A DNA stretch of 63,856 bases, counting the filler, from Octopus bimaculoides (taxonomy: Eukaryota), in assembly GCF_001194135.2 (NCBI RefSeq). It is 4 parts of 4 records of this genome, joined end to end, with 100 filler letters (N's around TTAATTAATTAA, not from the genome) between each part and the next. Parts side by side here need not be neighbours in the genome. Positions count along the whole stretch, not along the records: positions 24,786 to 42,193 come from NC_068987.1; 3 more parts are not named here. One strand, given 5' to 3'. Numbering within the stretch: the first letter of the stretch is position 1; every line of letters starts with the position of its first letter. Under the pieces are notes generated by a model. The model did not search any database and was not told the origin of the DNA. It saw only the letters and a list, made by a program, of their open reading frames with translations. Position numbers and translations under genes: made by a program. This document shows positions 25,061-39,239 of this stretch, piece after piece.

Positions 25061-26186
25061 AGGTTTGTTTTCCATGTATATACATATACACATACATACA
25101 TATATATGTGCGTGTGTATTAGATTTTGTTTCCGACATTGGACTGCGGCCTCGCTGTGACACGGACTTCAAGTGTTTTAGTCGAAAATATATAAATATTC
25201 ACACACACACACACACACACATACACACACACACACACACACACATACACACATACACACACACAAACACACACACACACATACACAATATATATTTGTA
25301 ATCATTCATGCACACATATATTATTCCATTATTAGAACTTATGAATACGTCATATTAATTCACCCTACGTTGAAGTGATAACTGTTTAAGTCGGTGTTAG
25401 CTACATAAGATAGGGACAAAGTTGTGGCAAAATATTATTAGATAACTCATTTTGTTTGCTTTACACTATGTTCTCACTTCCCACTAACAATTCTACCATC
25501 GTCTCAATCGGACCAACATTCATGAATATCTTATTACTAGTGTTTTAATCAGAGGATACATTTAAAGTTTTATATGAGTCATTAGTATTCAAATGCTAAT
25601 ATTCTCACTATAAACAATAGAAAGGATACTCAGACGAAAAGGAAACGAGATTAAATGTTAAGCAAGAATGGTAATATTGCTGCAAGTTGTGTTTTTTGTC
25701 AAGTATTGTAGTATAAAACATGGAAATTTTATTTTGTAAGTTTAGACACCATCGTTAAACTGATAGGGAAACACGCTCCCATACGCGCACAATCACAAAC
25801 ATACATGCATATATGTATGTGTGTGTATGTGTATGTGTGTCTGTCATATATATATATATATATNNNNNNNNNNNNNNNNNNNNNNNNNNNNNNNNNNNNN
25901 NNNNNNNNNNNNNNNNNNNNNNNNNNNNNNNNNNNNNNNNNNNNNNNNNNNNNNNNNNNNNNNNNNNNNNNNNNNNNNNNNNNNNNNNNNNNNNNNNNNN
26001 NNNNNNNNNNNNNNNNNNNNNNNNNNNNNNNNNNNNNNNNNNNNNNNNNNNNNNNNNNNNNNNNNNNNNNNNNNNNNNNNNNNNNNNNNNNNNNNNNNNN
26101 NNNNNNNNNNNNNNNNNNNNNNNNNNNNNNNNNNNNNNNNNNNNNNNNNNNNNNNNNNNNNNNNNNNNNNNNNNNNNNNNNNNNNN

Positions 26187-26219
<33 letters not shown>

Positions 26220-26333
26220 CTGATTTGTGTATAAACTCTTAGAAATTTATATATTTACAGAATTATATATATATGTATATGTCCATATATATTTATGTAC
26301 TAATATGTGTAAGTGCCTGTGTTTATATAAAAT

Positions 26334-26374
<41 letters not shown>

Positions 26375-26510
26375 ATGTTTTTCATATACATATATGCATG
26401 CATATATACATATATGTCTGTGTGTGTGCATATATAGTTATGTATATATACATACATACGTACATACATACACATATATATGTATGCATGTATGTATATA
26501 TATATATCTA

Positions 26511-26604
<94 letters not shown>

Positions 26605-27714
26605 ATGCCTAAATATATAAAGTAATACATATATATATGTAAATATATATATATGTGTGTGTGTATATTTGGTTATGGAAACATATTGTTAGAATTATAT
26701 ATAGAGAGAGATTTATATACCTACTAGGGCATATATTTATATACTAATATATGTAGGTTTATATATGTCTATGTGGTTATATAAAATTATGTATGTATAT
26801 GTATGTATATATATTTATACATATATATATGTATATACAACATATGTATATGTATATATTTCTGTGTGACTGTATGCGTGTGTATGTGTTTGTACCTATA
26901 TAAATATGTACAACTATTTATATATACATATAGATAGGTAGGTAGGTAGGTAGGTAGGTAGGTAGGTAGGTTGGTAGGTAGGTAGGTAGGTATAGGAAAG
27001 GTGCCGAGGAGGTGGTCGGAGACAAGTTAAAATTTGAATTAAACACTCTTTGATTGTGAAATAGTGAAGAGGGGAAAATGACATACTAATAATTCTTCAC
27101 AATTTTATAGCATCAATTCCAAAAACACTTTTTAATAGTTCTAAACATAATAAATAACAAAGAATAATTCCTCAAGAAATAGTTCTAAGCAGAAAAGAGA
27201 AATAAAAACAGAAAGATGAAGAAAAGCGAAAGAGTTAAACTAAATCCTGAAATAATCTTTAAAAAAATGTATCCATAAAATTGATAAACTCACAAATGGC
27301 AGATATTGAACGCTAATGTTTCCTAATAGCATAGAATAGTTTTCTTAATTGGATTACACTCACGCTCTCACACGTATATACACACACCTACATATACACA
27401 CATACACACACGCGCGCGCACACATTCACACACGCAGACACACACACACGCACACATGCACATGCACGTTTATGGGTATGCGATATGTGTGGGTGCGTAT
27501 GTTGGAGATCATTCATACAAACACCCACACATTGAGCTTTTCATTGTAACTGTTCTTGCTCAAAAATAGGTATGCATGTATACATCATATATANNNNNNN
27601 NNNNNNNNNNNNNNNNNNNNNNNNNNNNNNNNNNNNNNNNNNNNNNNNNNNNNNNNNNNNNNNNNNNNNNNNNNNNNNNNNNNNNNNNNNNNNNNNNNNN
27701 NNNNNNNNNNNNNN

Positions 27715-27755
<41 letters not shown>

Positions 27756-28534
27756 GAATGTATGCATGTATGTATGTATATATATGTGTGTGTGTGTATG
27801 TATATAAGTGTGCTTGTATATGTATGTATCTATGTATATATATATATTAAATGTATATGTGTGTATGCATTCATATATATGTATACATATATCATGTACA
27901 TGTGCATTCATATGTTTGTATACATGCATGAGAAAAGTTAAATAGTTCTAAATAAATGTATGCTTTATTTTCTTCCATATCAGCACACACATGCATGTAC
28001 ATTTCCACATACATAAACACAAGTGAAAATAAATATGCATGTGTGTATATAAATATATGTATATACATCTATATATGTGCATGACATTTTTACATATGTA
28101 TGCATACACACACATGTATGTATATATATGATGTTATATATATATATGTACATGTGTGTATTAAGCGTTACTACATGATGTTATAAAGTATGTTTGGCCA
28201 ATATTTTAAGTATATAAATATAAAAATGTTATGTATGTATGCAGAATATGCTGTCATATGTAACTGTAATAATATTAATCCGTTTAAAATGGAAGTATAG
28301 AAGTATTTTTGTGTGTGTGCTATGTGCTCTGGATTGCAGGTGACAACAAGCATACATTTGTGGACTTACTTAAATATCGTCATTGGAAATTTAAATTATA
28401 TAGCGGTTTAATGCGCGGGCGGAGAAGCATGTTTCTTTAAGTTCCATATATGTATGCGTGTGTGTGTGTGTATATATGTCCCTGTGCTTACGTGTATGTA
28501 GTTACATGCGTATAAGAGAGAGAGAGAAAGTGAG

Positions 28535-28614
<80 letters not shown>

Positions 28615-28620
28615 AACGCA
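25060..28620. repeat. Dense (CA/TG)n, (AT)n, (CT)n, (TAGG)n microsatellite field with gaps
   Basis: Direct reading. Confidence 0.95.
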
Positions 28621-31084
28621 AATTTTCTGTTGAATGCATCTTAGTAAACAGGGTTTCTCTGATTTCTTAATAGTATTAGTTAGAGTTACACATTGTTCCT
28701 ATGCTTTTTTATCTGAAACTTGTTCGTTACATAATCATGCTCATTTGAAAATAAGCATAAGTAGCAAGTGGCGATAAGAATAAACGTACATTTCTCGATA
28801 TATTTAATGGAGGAACAATTAAGTTTGAAAAATCTCTCTCCTAGCAGCTCACCACTGTAAAATAACAAAATAATTTTCGATTATATTTAATCCCCATAGC
28901 ATGCTGCATGACATTTAATTATTTTAACCAACGTGTCATATATTTATGTACAATTGCTCACATTTCATTTTTCAGATGTGTTGGCATAATATTCGCAAAC
29001 CTGAAGCAGTAATACAATGCATAACTTAGAGATATCTCTGAGTCTGTGCCATTCTCATTCAGCTTACTATGGCAGCCAAATAGTACCCAATATATCATGT
29101 AATTTAGTAAACATAGTTTAAGTTTTATGTTTTTGCTTTTGTTTTCAGTGTATGTTGTAGAGTTTATAGGTACGTTTCTATTCAATTGTATGTATTCTTG
29201 TGTTTTATTCTTCGTTAGGAAACATAAACATCCTAACACTCATGAGACTACTTTCCTCAGAAAAGTCGAAAGTATCGTAAGTTCCCATTTATCTTTCTTT
29301 CCAAATGTAGTGGTTTCTATAGTAGGCCAAAATGTATAATATGAGAAATATGAAGACATTATAAAGCAGTGAATAGAAATAAGATATTGACGAATCGTGT
29401 GCTGTTACTCAAAACGTGTTTCAATTCAGCCTTGGCAGAAAGACAGGGCTTACGCGAGGAAGCTCATAATACTCAATATCTATTTTACACCCAGGCATCC
29501 CTACGTGACTAAGAATTTGAGAGAGAAGAATGCTGTGAGAGGCATCATATGTTGTTACACCTCTTCATTAAACATAGTAAAATACATGTAATAATTCGAG
29601 AGGACTTTTTTTTCCTAATTCTCTAATTCGTTTCTTGGCAAACAACTGATATCATTGTAACTGTTAAGTTCATTTACGTGTCTTGTTTTTAGAAATAAAA
29701 GCAGCGTAATGTTTTTAACCCTTCGCCATTGTTCCAACGCTACAGAACAATCGAAATTGTAAAGGTGCCGGCAGATGAAACACTTATCATGTACAGTGTA
29801 CTGCTAACAATTACTGTAATAAGCTATTGTACACCATGGTAACTACTTGCAACTAGCTGAAGAGTGCCGTTGAAAATAGCCTCTCTTAATCGAATATCTC
29901 TGGATAGTTGTCTTAATGGTCCTCAGGGAGTTTCTGAAGTATCGTAGAAACCTTCCATCTGAAGTTCGCACAAGAAAATGACCGAAGCTCAGTTTTATTT
30001 CTGCTCAACGTATCTCAAGTAGTGTATTAAAACGCATATTTAATGTTCTTTAAATCTCTACACAGAAATAGAACCAATGAATTGTAGATCATAAGTGTAA
30101 TATATACTTGTCTGTATCTTCAGATAAAGGTACGAGATAAGCTCAAGTCTTTTAAAAAAGAAAGACTACGGCGTTTCATATCTTGATATGTTCAGCGAGT
30201 ATTCAGTGGGTATAGATGATAACAACATAAAACCACAGTTTTACATTTATAACATAAATATTTAAAGGGCAAACTAGATCATTCTCTGTAATAAGAATTG
30301 TAGAATAAATAGAATTACTAGCTTTTTAGCTAGTGAGTGAATTATTTAGTTAGGTAACTATTTTGTGAATCGGGAATTTTTCAGCAATCTTAACACGCAT
30401 CGTATATCACTTTCTATCATCCATGAACTTTTATTTAAACTCTTGGAAACTGCTTACTTCTGTTGTCTTCTAGTATTTGGTTCGCAGAGTTTTTCTACTG
30501 ACTTGACGAATCTCCTTTTACTATGAGGACTTTGCCCAAGAAAAACTTCAGCTACAAGCACATCTTTGTTACACCAACAGTGACTTACACATCTCAACTT
30601 GTGCTTAGCACTTATGGTGATATTTTTACAAAAACACTTGCTGACGAATATTTGTAGCAAATGAAATGTGGTTAGGTCACCTTTAGTCCAAGTTTTCAGA
30701 TCATTTATCAAGTATATTTAGCTACCTCAGCTGAGAAGAATACATTCCTCTTAGTCTTTTATGGAAGAAGACGCTTAACATATTCCTAGAAACGAATGAA
30801 ACACTAAACGGCAAGTGTATAAGCTACTTAGAGCATTGAATCAACAATGCTCAGGGTATCTCATTTTTATCTAGTGCAATGTATTTCGTCATACGAACTA
30901 TTTTGAAATTCATAAAATCTGAGAGCATAGGCAGCACGAAACCACTGACAGGTTTCCGTAAGCCGTTGGCAGCTCTCTTTAAAGCTTTCTATGAAGCTAT
31001 AAATACGTATTTAATATGGATGTGATCACTGAGAATCGCACATCAGTAAAGATGATATATATTTTAAATAATAATTCTGAGCAT

Positions 31085-31240
31085 TATTTACATTATTTAC
31101 AATTGACGGATATTTGTCCTCATCTTGTTTGTTGTTAACACAATGTTTTGTTAAAAACGTTTGTTAGCAACGTTTGTTAACAAAAACCAAGATGAGGAAA
31201 AATATCCGTCAATTTTATATATTGTACATAATTCCTCATC
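31085..31240. mobile_element. Inverted pair of PLE pseudo-LTR termini (family of 1945-2085)
   Basis: GACGGATATTTGTCCTCATCTTG..TTAACA and TTAACA..CAAGATGAGGAAAAATATCCGTC, both matching ~2020-2055. Confidence 0.7.
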
Positions 31241-32799
31241 TCTTAAATATAGAACAATAATTCAGAGGTTATAACATCGAATGTAATAATGCGCTCTTAG
31301 AAAGAAACATTGAATGAAGCTAAAATTGTGTCACCTATAGAAATTACTTAACGTTTGTAATCTTATACACCCAAAATCCAAAGTTTAACACGATAGTACA
31401 CACTTTTATAACCTTAGCCATGAACAGATGTACGCTATGAATGGTGTTTTTATATTTTCTGGGAGGTTAATCTGGTTTTTCAAATACATTAGCCACATTG
31501 GTTCTAAAAGAATCGTATGAGAAGGTGCTGCTGTGTCTGCGACGCATTTCCTGTAAATTTCTACTAAATTATAGTAGCATTTGGTTCTAATAGTTATTAA
31601 TGGATTTGCTGAGGTTTATTTTCCTTCATTTTACTGGGTGTGGATAGTAAATATACTTACTTGAATGCTTATAATTCAAGTACAAACAAACAATAATCCT
31701 CAAACAAATTTATGTTTTGCGTAGTGAAACAAAATCTTTGCAAATTTATTTACAATATTTTTCAGGGAAAAAGAGAATGATCAATTATCTAGTCTAGTCT
31801 CAAAACTCGAATAGTATCAGCAATTGTAGATGCGTATTCATAATTAGAAGGAATCAATTGATGGATAGTTATACATACACAGCAGAATATCAAATACGAT
31901 GTTGATTTTGGTGACCTGGGATTAAAGGTTGTCAAAGTACTTTCTTGTTACTTTTCCTTGTCATGGAAACGTTCCGTTAAAACTCTAGTCTTCTTTGTTA
32001 TTGAAACATAAGTTTTGTAGAAATGAAACATACGTTTATTCTGTGATTTATAACAATATGGTTTATTGGTAAATTTATTGAGTGTTATGACATTCACAGA
32101 CCACTTCCTGAGTATATAATAGCCTCGTCAATATATAAGTAGTTATTTGTGGCAAATGGTATATGCATGCATACGTACATACATATATACATACACACTC
32201 ACATAAATACATGCATACATACATACATACACACATACACACATACGTATATAATGATGGCTGTCCACTCGTAACCGAAGAAGACCTTCCCTGATCAGGA
32301 CCCATACAAAATGCCAGCGATGCCGGTGCATGGGATAATTGCACCTGCAATCGGTTTCATTGCATTTCGATTCCGTGGTTTCCATACTTGCCGCTGCGCA
32401 CCGGGCATCAGATATTTTACTCGCCGTTGATTGGACAACCTAAAACTTTTAGGTCCAATAGGGCTTGCAAAGAACTTGACTGACTCTCACCACGCTACTG
32501 ATATGAAACAGAGAAATGCTTTGGAAATATATCCAGTGCAAATACGTTCAGAAAGCTTAGGAGTGTGGGAAGGCAATGTCTTGAAGTGCAAGCTCTAGGA
32601 GTGCTTGAAGTGCAAAATGTTCAATGCCATTCTCTGCAAGCTTTCCCAAATTCTAAAGAATGCCTGTCGTCCACTAGTCTTCCAGTACGCCGGTCACCAA
32701 TGTGGAACTTCTGAGGATCGTGTTATGCTAAGATAGCTGTTGAACATACACATACAATAGGTTCATTAGTCTTTTTGATAGGTTTTATTTTTGGTCCAG

Positions 32800-33180
32800 G
32801 ACGCGTAATGGCCCAGTGGTTAGGGCAGCGGACTCGTGGTCATAGAATCGCGGTTTCGAATCCCAGACCGGGCGGTGTGAGTGTTTATTGAGCGAAAACA
32901 CCTAAAGTACCACGAGGCGTCTGCAGGGGATGGTGGCGAACCCTGCTGTACTCTTTCACCACAACTTTCTCTCACTCTTACTTCCTGCTTCTGTTGTGCC
33001 TGTAATTCAAAGGGTCAGTCATAGCACACTGTGTCACGCTGAATATCCCCGAGAACTACGTTAAGGATACACGTGTCTGTGGAGTGCTCAACCACTTGCA
33101 CGTTAATTTCACGAGCAGGCTGTTCCGTTGATCGAATCAACTGGAACCGTCGACGTCGTAAGCTACAGAGTGCCAACAAC
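32800..33180 (+). mobile_element. tRNA-derived SINE, apparently full length
   Basis: Box A TGGCCCAGTGGTTAGG, box B GGTTTCGAATCC, (AAC)n tail; imperfect 11-bp TSD; close paralogue at 58880. Confidence 0.85.
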
Positions 33181-33239
33181 AATTGTATTTTTAGTCTTCC
33201 CTAGTTTCTAACAACCCTCTTCACCAAGCAAGCTTAGTG

Positions 33240-33660
33240 CAAGGAGAATTTTAGTTACCGACAAACCAATCATGCATAAAGTTGTTCCTGGGTTCCAGTA
33301 GTATTCATGGGGGAGGAGGTGTTCGAGGCGTGCAGGCCTGGTCAGCCTTCAAAAATCTCACAGGAATCGACTGATGATAAACAGTGATGTGGCTATTACA
33401 ATTTACAGTACAACATGTGTAAAATATGGAAATGTGTGCCTCTCAGTTGGAGTTCTGAAAAGACATGTTAAGAGAGTGCATATGATGTCACTTATTTCTC
33501 CTGCCAGCCGGAAAAGCTGTGCAGTTTGTAATAAAATGTGTAAAACTTTGGCTGGGCTTAAAATTCATATAAGGGCATCACACAGCATCAATAATCAATC
33601 ATTTCAGTAAGACATTTTGGCAATGGCTTTTCTCGTGTAATGAGGGTGCACCTAAGATAT
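33240..33660 (+). mobile_element. RTE-like LINE 3' end encoding two C2H2-like fingers
   Basis: CVKYGNVCLSVGVLKRHVKRVH...CAVCNKMCKTLAGLKIHIRASH, then stop, short 3' UTR and microsatellite tail. Confidence 0.55.
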
Positions 33661-33665
33661 GTATG

Positions 33666-33773
<108 letters not shown>

Positions 33774-36700
33774 CGTTTATCAAATTGTGCTGCAAGATTT
33801 CTGATGTGAAATCGTGTTATCTTTAATACGATCAGAAACAGTTCTTTTTGATACTCTAATATTTACAAACAAATTAAGTTTTTTGTGGGCATATATTCTC
33901 AACATTATTTCACGAATTCATCATCGCTATGTGGTTTGAACCTTTTAGCAATATTCTCATATACCTCATAACTAACCCGAGAAACTGATTAACTTTCAAG
34001 AATTGGCCTTTTAAAAAAGCTTGTCTTTTGCTCAGATTTTCGTTTAAGGAGGCTATCTTGTCAAAATGTTGAGATTATTTTAAATTTCCATAGGTCTCAC
34101 AAAATGCCTCTCCATATATTTTTTATGAACGGCTACTTGTTCGTTGCAAATAAGATAAATACACTAGTTATTTATTTCAATAAAAAAAATAATAAAGCGC
34201 TGTCCATTTTTCATCAAACAAAGCACGTTCACCAGCACTTCATTTTATAGGATTTTTATAACCGCTTGCCATATTGATAAGGGTATTGAAAAACTGATTT
34301 AACAAAGTTAACAGTTATAAACCGGTTAAATTTATATTATCAGTTACGGAAGTTTTGTTATTACCGCTGCCTGGAGAAAACAAAAGCCATGTGGCTCGTA
34401 GTCATAATGCAAGCCTTTAGGGTTGTAAAAATAGTAAAAAATAAAGATCGTAAAAAAATTACGATATTATTTGGTTTAGCAAGGTTTAACTTAATTTTTC
34501 TCTCTCCCTTCTGCACACAGGTGTTGACAAGCGAATCGATAGGGAAGGGCGATAACTGATAAGTCGTTGGCAGATGAAAGTAGCTCCTGTTGACCTTCTT
34601 GGCACCGAGAGATATCAAAAATGCGAAGCCACTTCAGAAAATCTTTATTTTTCACCGCTTTTCCAGAAAAAAAAAATAGTTTGTAATATCTTTTTATAAT
34701 CCTGTTCACAAAGCACCAAATTAGTAGTGTCTGTTTCGACGAAGCTTTACCAATTTGTTTTTGATTTTTAATAGATTGTATAATATTTTTTGCTTATTGA
34801 TTGACAGAAAGAGGGTGAGTGTCAATTTAGGAGATTTTTTCGTAGAAATGTGAAAAATGGAATAAGGAGGACCATTTAAATATTTGAGGTTCATGGATAT
34901 GAATAATTCTTACACTATATCTTCTACAACCCTTCAGCTTTCGTTTCATATAAAAAATTATTTCGATACATGCACTATATTTTTTCACTTTCTCAGCTAA
35001 AGTGTAGCTGGGGCTCATGTGGGTTGTACAAACCTAGCAATATGTTTTATATTGAAAACAAAATTTCCATTCAAGTGGCAATTACCGGACGATTTCATTT
35101 CCAGTCTGACCGTTTTAAGTCATAGTGGAATCCCGACCTATGTCACAAGTAAGTATACGAGTATAAATTTTGTAATTGAAAAATGTTGTGCATACGAGTA
35201 TATCAGACTGCGGGTGCAATAACATGGGCACGTGCACGCAACTGCGCCCGGGGTTGGGGGTTTCCCCATCCCTGTTTTAGGGGGATTTTTGTTTCAATTT
35301 TTTTGATTTCCTCTTGCTTCGAGGCTCTTGCCTTTTTCTCATTACATTTTACTTATTCCTTCAACAAACACTCATTATTAATGAAACTATATGGAATTAA
35401 TGATCTCTATTTACTATGTATCCATATACAATAGAATGATGATGATGGCCAAACCAATTGAGTTGAGAATCCATTTTATGTATTGCATGTAGGTAAATAA
35501 TACATACCCACGTTATCTAAGATTTCCATGTACTGCCGTTAGTGGCAATAGCCTCTTATCTTATTCGTTTTTAATAGCCAGACAAACTGAGTCTTTAAAT
35601 GACCTTACATTGGTTACAATATTGAACAAGAAAGGGATACAAACTAGATAACCGCTTGCTTTTTACTCTCGACTTAACCAGGTAAAATCATCGTAAGATA
35701 TGCAACGTAAATGATACAACGTAAAAGTTATAAGGGCAGTTATAAGGTATAAAAGTTATACAGTACAAGCATGAATTAACACACCATAGAAAAACTAGAA
35801 ACTGAATACTTTATATTCCTAATTTCGAATACCAACCACAGTACAACGATTTCAAAATTCAAGATAAAATTTTAAAGAAATCTTTAAGATAAAGAATGCT
35901 AAAACACTATTATTTACTATAAGGAATATCAAATAGATTTCAACTACATTACATAGAAAAAGGTTGCCAATTTTCATGCGGAGAAATTCTCTGGCAATAG
36001 TTACAGTTCTTGATTTGATTTTGAATGTAAATATTATCAAGTCTGTCGGCAATGCTCCAAGACATGAAGCTGCGATGGTTATCGAGAGATGATTATTATT
36101 ATTATATTATTATTATTGGGTAAGAGAGCAGTGCATGCCATCTATTATTATTATCATCATCATCATCATCATCATTATCATCATTATTACAATTGGTCAG
36201 CCGAAAAGTTTTCCATTAACTTCAGTATTTGTACAATGTTGCAAACTTTACTACAGATGGTTGTTATGATGGCATTCTTAAATTTACTAATTCTAATGAA
36301 ATGCTACAGAAGTTTTGCTAATGTAGAGGTATGCTGTTATATACATGAAATAAATCATATAATATTTCAAAGGGTTATTTGAAAATATGCTTGCTATGTA
36401 TAACCTAATTTTGGAAATGCATAAAGCATTATATTGTGCTTTCATGTGGATTATAGCCAAACTCCATGAAACTTGCCAGTTAAATTAAAAACTAGATGAA
36501 ACATGTAACGAAAATTGAAGTGTTTAAGTTGCACAGTTAGGAAGGTATATGCATCCGTGTGATGTTCGTATGTATGTTCTATGTGTATACTTACATTCAC
36601 GTATATATATAATACAAATGATATATGAGCATATGAATGTATACATACATATATGTACATGCCAGTATCTACATGCATATATAGAAGCATATCCGGGTAC

Positions 36701-36799
36701 AAGACGTGAAAAAAGGAACGGGAACATAAACAAAGCACAAAAAACGGACTTTTTTACGGAAAACAGAATGAACACATAGAAAAAAAAGACGAGCCACTT

Positions 36800-36885
36800 A
36801 TGGAACTTTTACTTCATCAGCTGCCTCTATTCTAAACTACGCGTTTCGAATATGAGGCAGAACGCGCTCTTAGAATAGCTCTTCC
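36800..36885 (-). ncRNA. Structured element containing hammerhead core parts in permuted order
   Basis: CGCGT-T-CTGCCTC-ATATTC-GAAA-CGCG-TAGTTTAGAATA-GAGGCAG-CTGATGA: 5-bp stem III and 7-bp stem I placed exactly at the core junctions; stem II weak. Confidence 0.5.
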
Positions 36886-37032
36886 CGCGAGGTGGTTTAA
36901 CCTGCAAAGCGGAGGGTTGCAAAGTAGCAAACAAAAACCAAGACAGGAAAAAATAAACAGTGAAAACAACATTAAGGGCCGTTAAGCTGAATGCGATGAG
37001 ATATTGAACGCTGTGATACACACATATGTATA

Positions 37033-37262
37033 CGTATCGGTCAAACAGGACGCCACTTAGCTGATCGGTTCGCGGAACGCCTCGGAGACATCCGACTCGG
37101 CAATGAGACACTGGTCGCGCGCCATTTCCGCTCAACCGCTCACTCTTTGCAACACCTGTCTGTGTTCGGATTGTCCTTGCACAGGTCTCATCCGGACTCC
37201 CGTCTTCGCCGTGAACAGGGATTAATCTCTCTTCGCCCCTTTGCGTTACATGGGCTCAACTC
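37033..37262 (+). mobile_element. Penelope-like GIY-YIG endonuclease relic (second family)
   Basis: IGQTGRHLADRFAE.L.DIR..N...VARHF....HS...L.VFG......R..REQ.LI....LHGLN. Confidence 0.85.
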
Positions 37263-38199
37263 TCCTCCCCTGTTCATATAACCCTCCTCCCCTCTCTTCT
37301 CTTCCTCTCACGCCTACTTCCTCCCATCTACCTCTCNNNNNNNNNNNNNNNNNNNNNNNNNNNNNNNNNNNNNNNNNNNNNNNNNNNNNNNNNNNNNNNN
37401 NNNNNNNNNNNNNNNNNNNNNNNNNNNNNNNNNNNNNNNNNNNNNNNNNNNNNNNNNNNNNNNNNNNNNNNNNNNNNNNNNNNNNNNNNNNNNNNNNNNN
37501 NNNNNNNNNNNNNNNNNNNNNNNNNNNNNNNNNNNNNNNNNNNNNNNNNNNNNNNNNNNNNNNNNNNNNNNNNNNNNNNNNNNNNNNNNNNNNNNNNNNN
37601 NNNNNNNNNNNNNNNNNNNNNNNNNNNNNNNNNNNNNNNNNNNNNNNNNNNNNNNNNNNNNNNNNNNNNNNNNNNNNNNNNNNNNNNNNNNNNNNNNNNN
37701 NNNNNNNNNNNNNNNNNNNNNNNNNNNNNNNNNNNNNNNNNNNNNNNNNNNNNNNNNNNNNNNNNNNNNNNNNNNNNNNNNNNNNNNNNNNNNNNNNNNN
37801 NNNNNNNNNNNNNNNNNNNNNNNNNNNNNNNNNNNNNNNNNNNNNNNNNNNNNNNNNNNNNNNNNNNNNNNNNNNNNNNNNNNNNNNNNNNNNNACCACA
37901 CACAACCACACCACACACAACCACACCACACACAACCACACCACACACCACAACACCATACCACCATACCAAACAACACAACAGTACATCAAACCACCAC
38001 GCACACACTAGCACTGGCCACTCCCCAACACATACACGTACACATGCACACAAGCACACGTCAAGGCCATCATCCCTCTTCCACACGCTCATACATGCTC
38101 TCCTATATACACGCAGGCGCACATTCGTTTGGGATCACACTACTATATTATCTCCCCTTCTTCCTAGCTTTCCTGTGTGATCCATCTGTCCCGCATTCG

Positions 38200-38372
38200 C
38201 CATGATAGATCACTAGCCATTACACATCATTTTTTATTGTCCCTGTTTCTTTCTGTGTTCCTTTCTGTGGAAGAGCGTAAAGTCGAAACGTTAAATACTT
38301 TTTCACTTCCCGAGCGTTAAACTAATGCATCTGTTGTCTACACTACCTGTCTTCGTCTTTTGTTTTTCTGAG
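38200..38372 (+). mobile_element. PLE-type 3' terminus with hammerhead-like relic
   Basis: TGGAAGA-G-CGTAAAGT-C-GAAA-CGTT at ~38268-38292; non-canonical core; lies downstream of the GIY-YIG relic. Confidence 0.4.
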
Positions 38373-39106
38373 ANNNNNNNNNNTTACATAAATGGCATAT
38401 ACCAAGACTATATTTGTATACACATGCATAAACTAAGAATATGCAAAAGAAACTAATAAATTATAGTAACTAATTAATTTATATACAATTATAAATATTT
38501 AGGGGTTTCATATGATTATTATTTTTTTTTTCTCTATCTCTACTATTTTTTAATAGGTTATTTACGTTATACATATTTTTTTTCTGTTGATTATTTTTTT
38601 ATATAAACTTTCTTATACAAAAATTATCATTTTTGATCCTTTCAATACCTTATTATATTTCTCTCCTCCCTTCTATTATTCATTCTATTAATTTTATATC
38701 TAATTGTCTTCCATATATAAGTGTTTAATAAATTGACCCACTTTGCTTAAATATATTCTGTTGATGTATAATCATATCCATGGGATGCTTTTGAGCTGAT
38801 GAGCAAGCTTAGTATCTCTATTAATTTATAAATTGTACAATTTATATTATATATATTAATACAGACATGTAAATAACGTATTACCCAATACAAAATAATG
38901 TAAAATGAATTATTACTACATGCTAGTAAGCTGCGAGACTATGGTAGTTAAATACGGATATCAAAAGGTAAAACAAAGTTTATTCATCCTATAATTCCTC
39001 TCCTTTATTTATATATAAACACACGCACACACACATACGGGCATGACATGGATACATATACCTACTTACCGATATGTATACATCTATGTATATGTACATG
39101 TTTTCC

Positions 39107-39139
<33 letters not shown>

Positions 39140-39169
39140 ATACACACACACACACACACAGTGTTTATA

Positions 39170-39239
<70 letters not shown>

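Noticed and set aside
28340-28435. Candidate third lectin exon (SDNKHTFVDLLKYRHWKF)
   Set aside because: The phase fits, but there is no WIG motif and no convincing donor before the stop.
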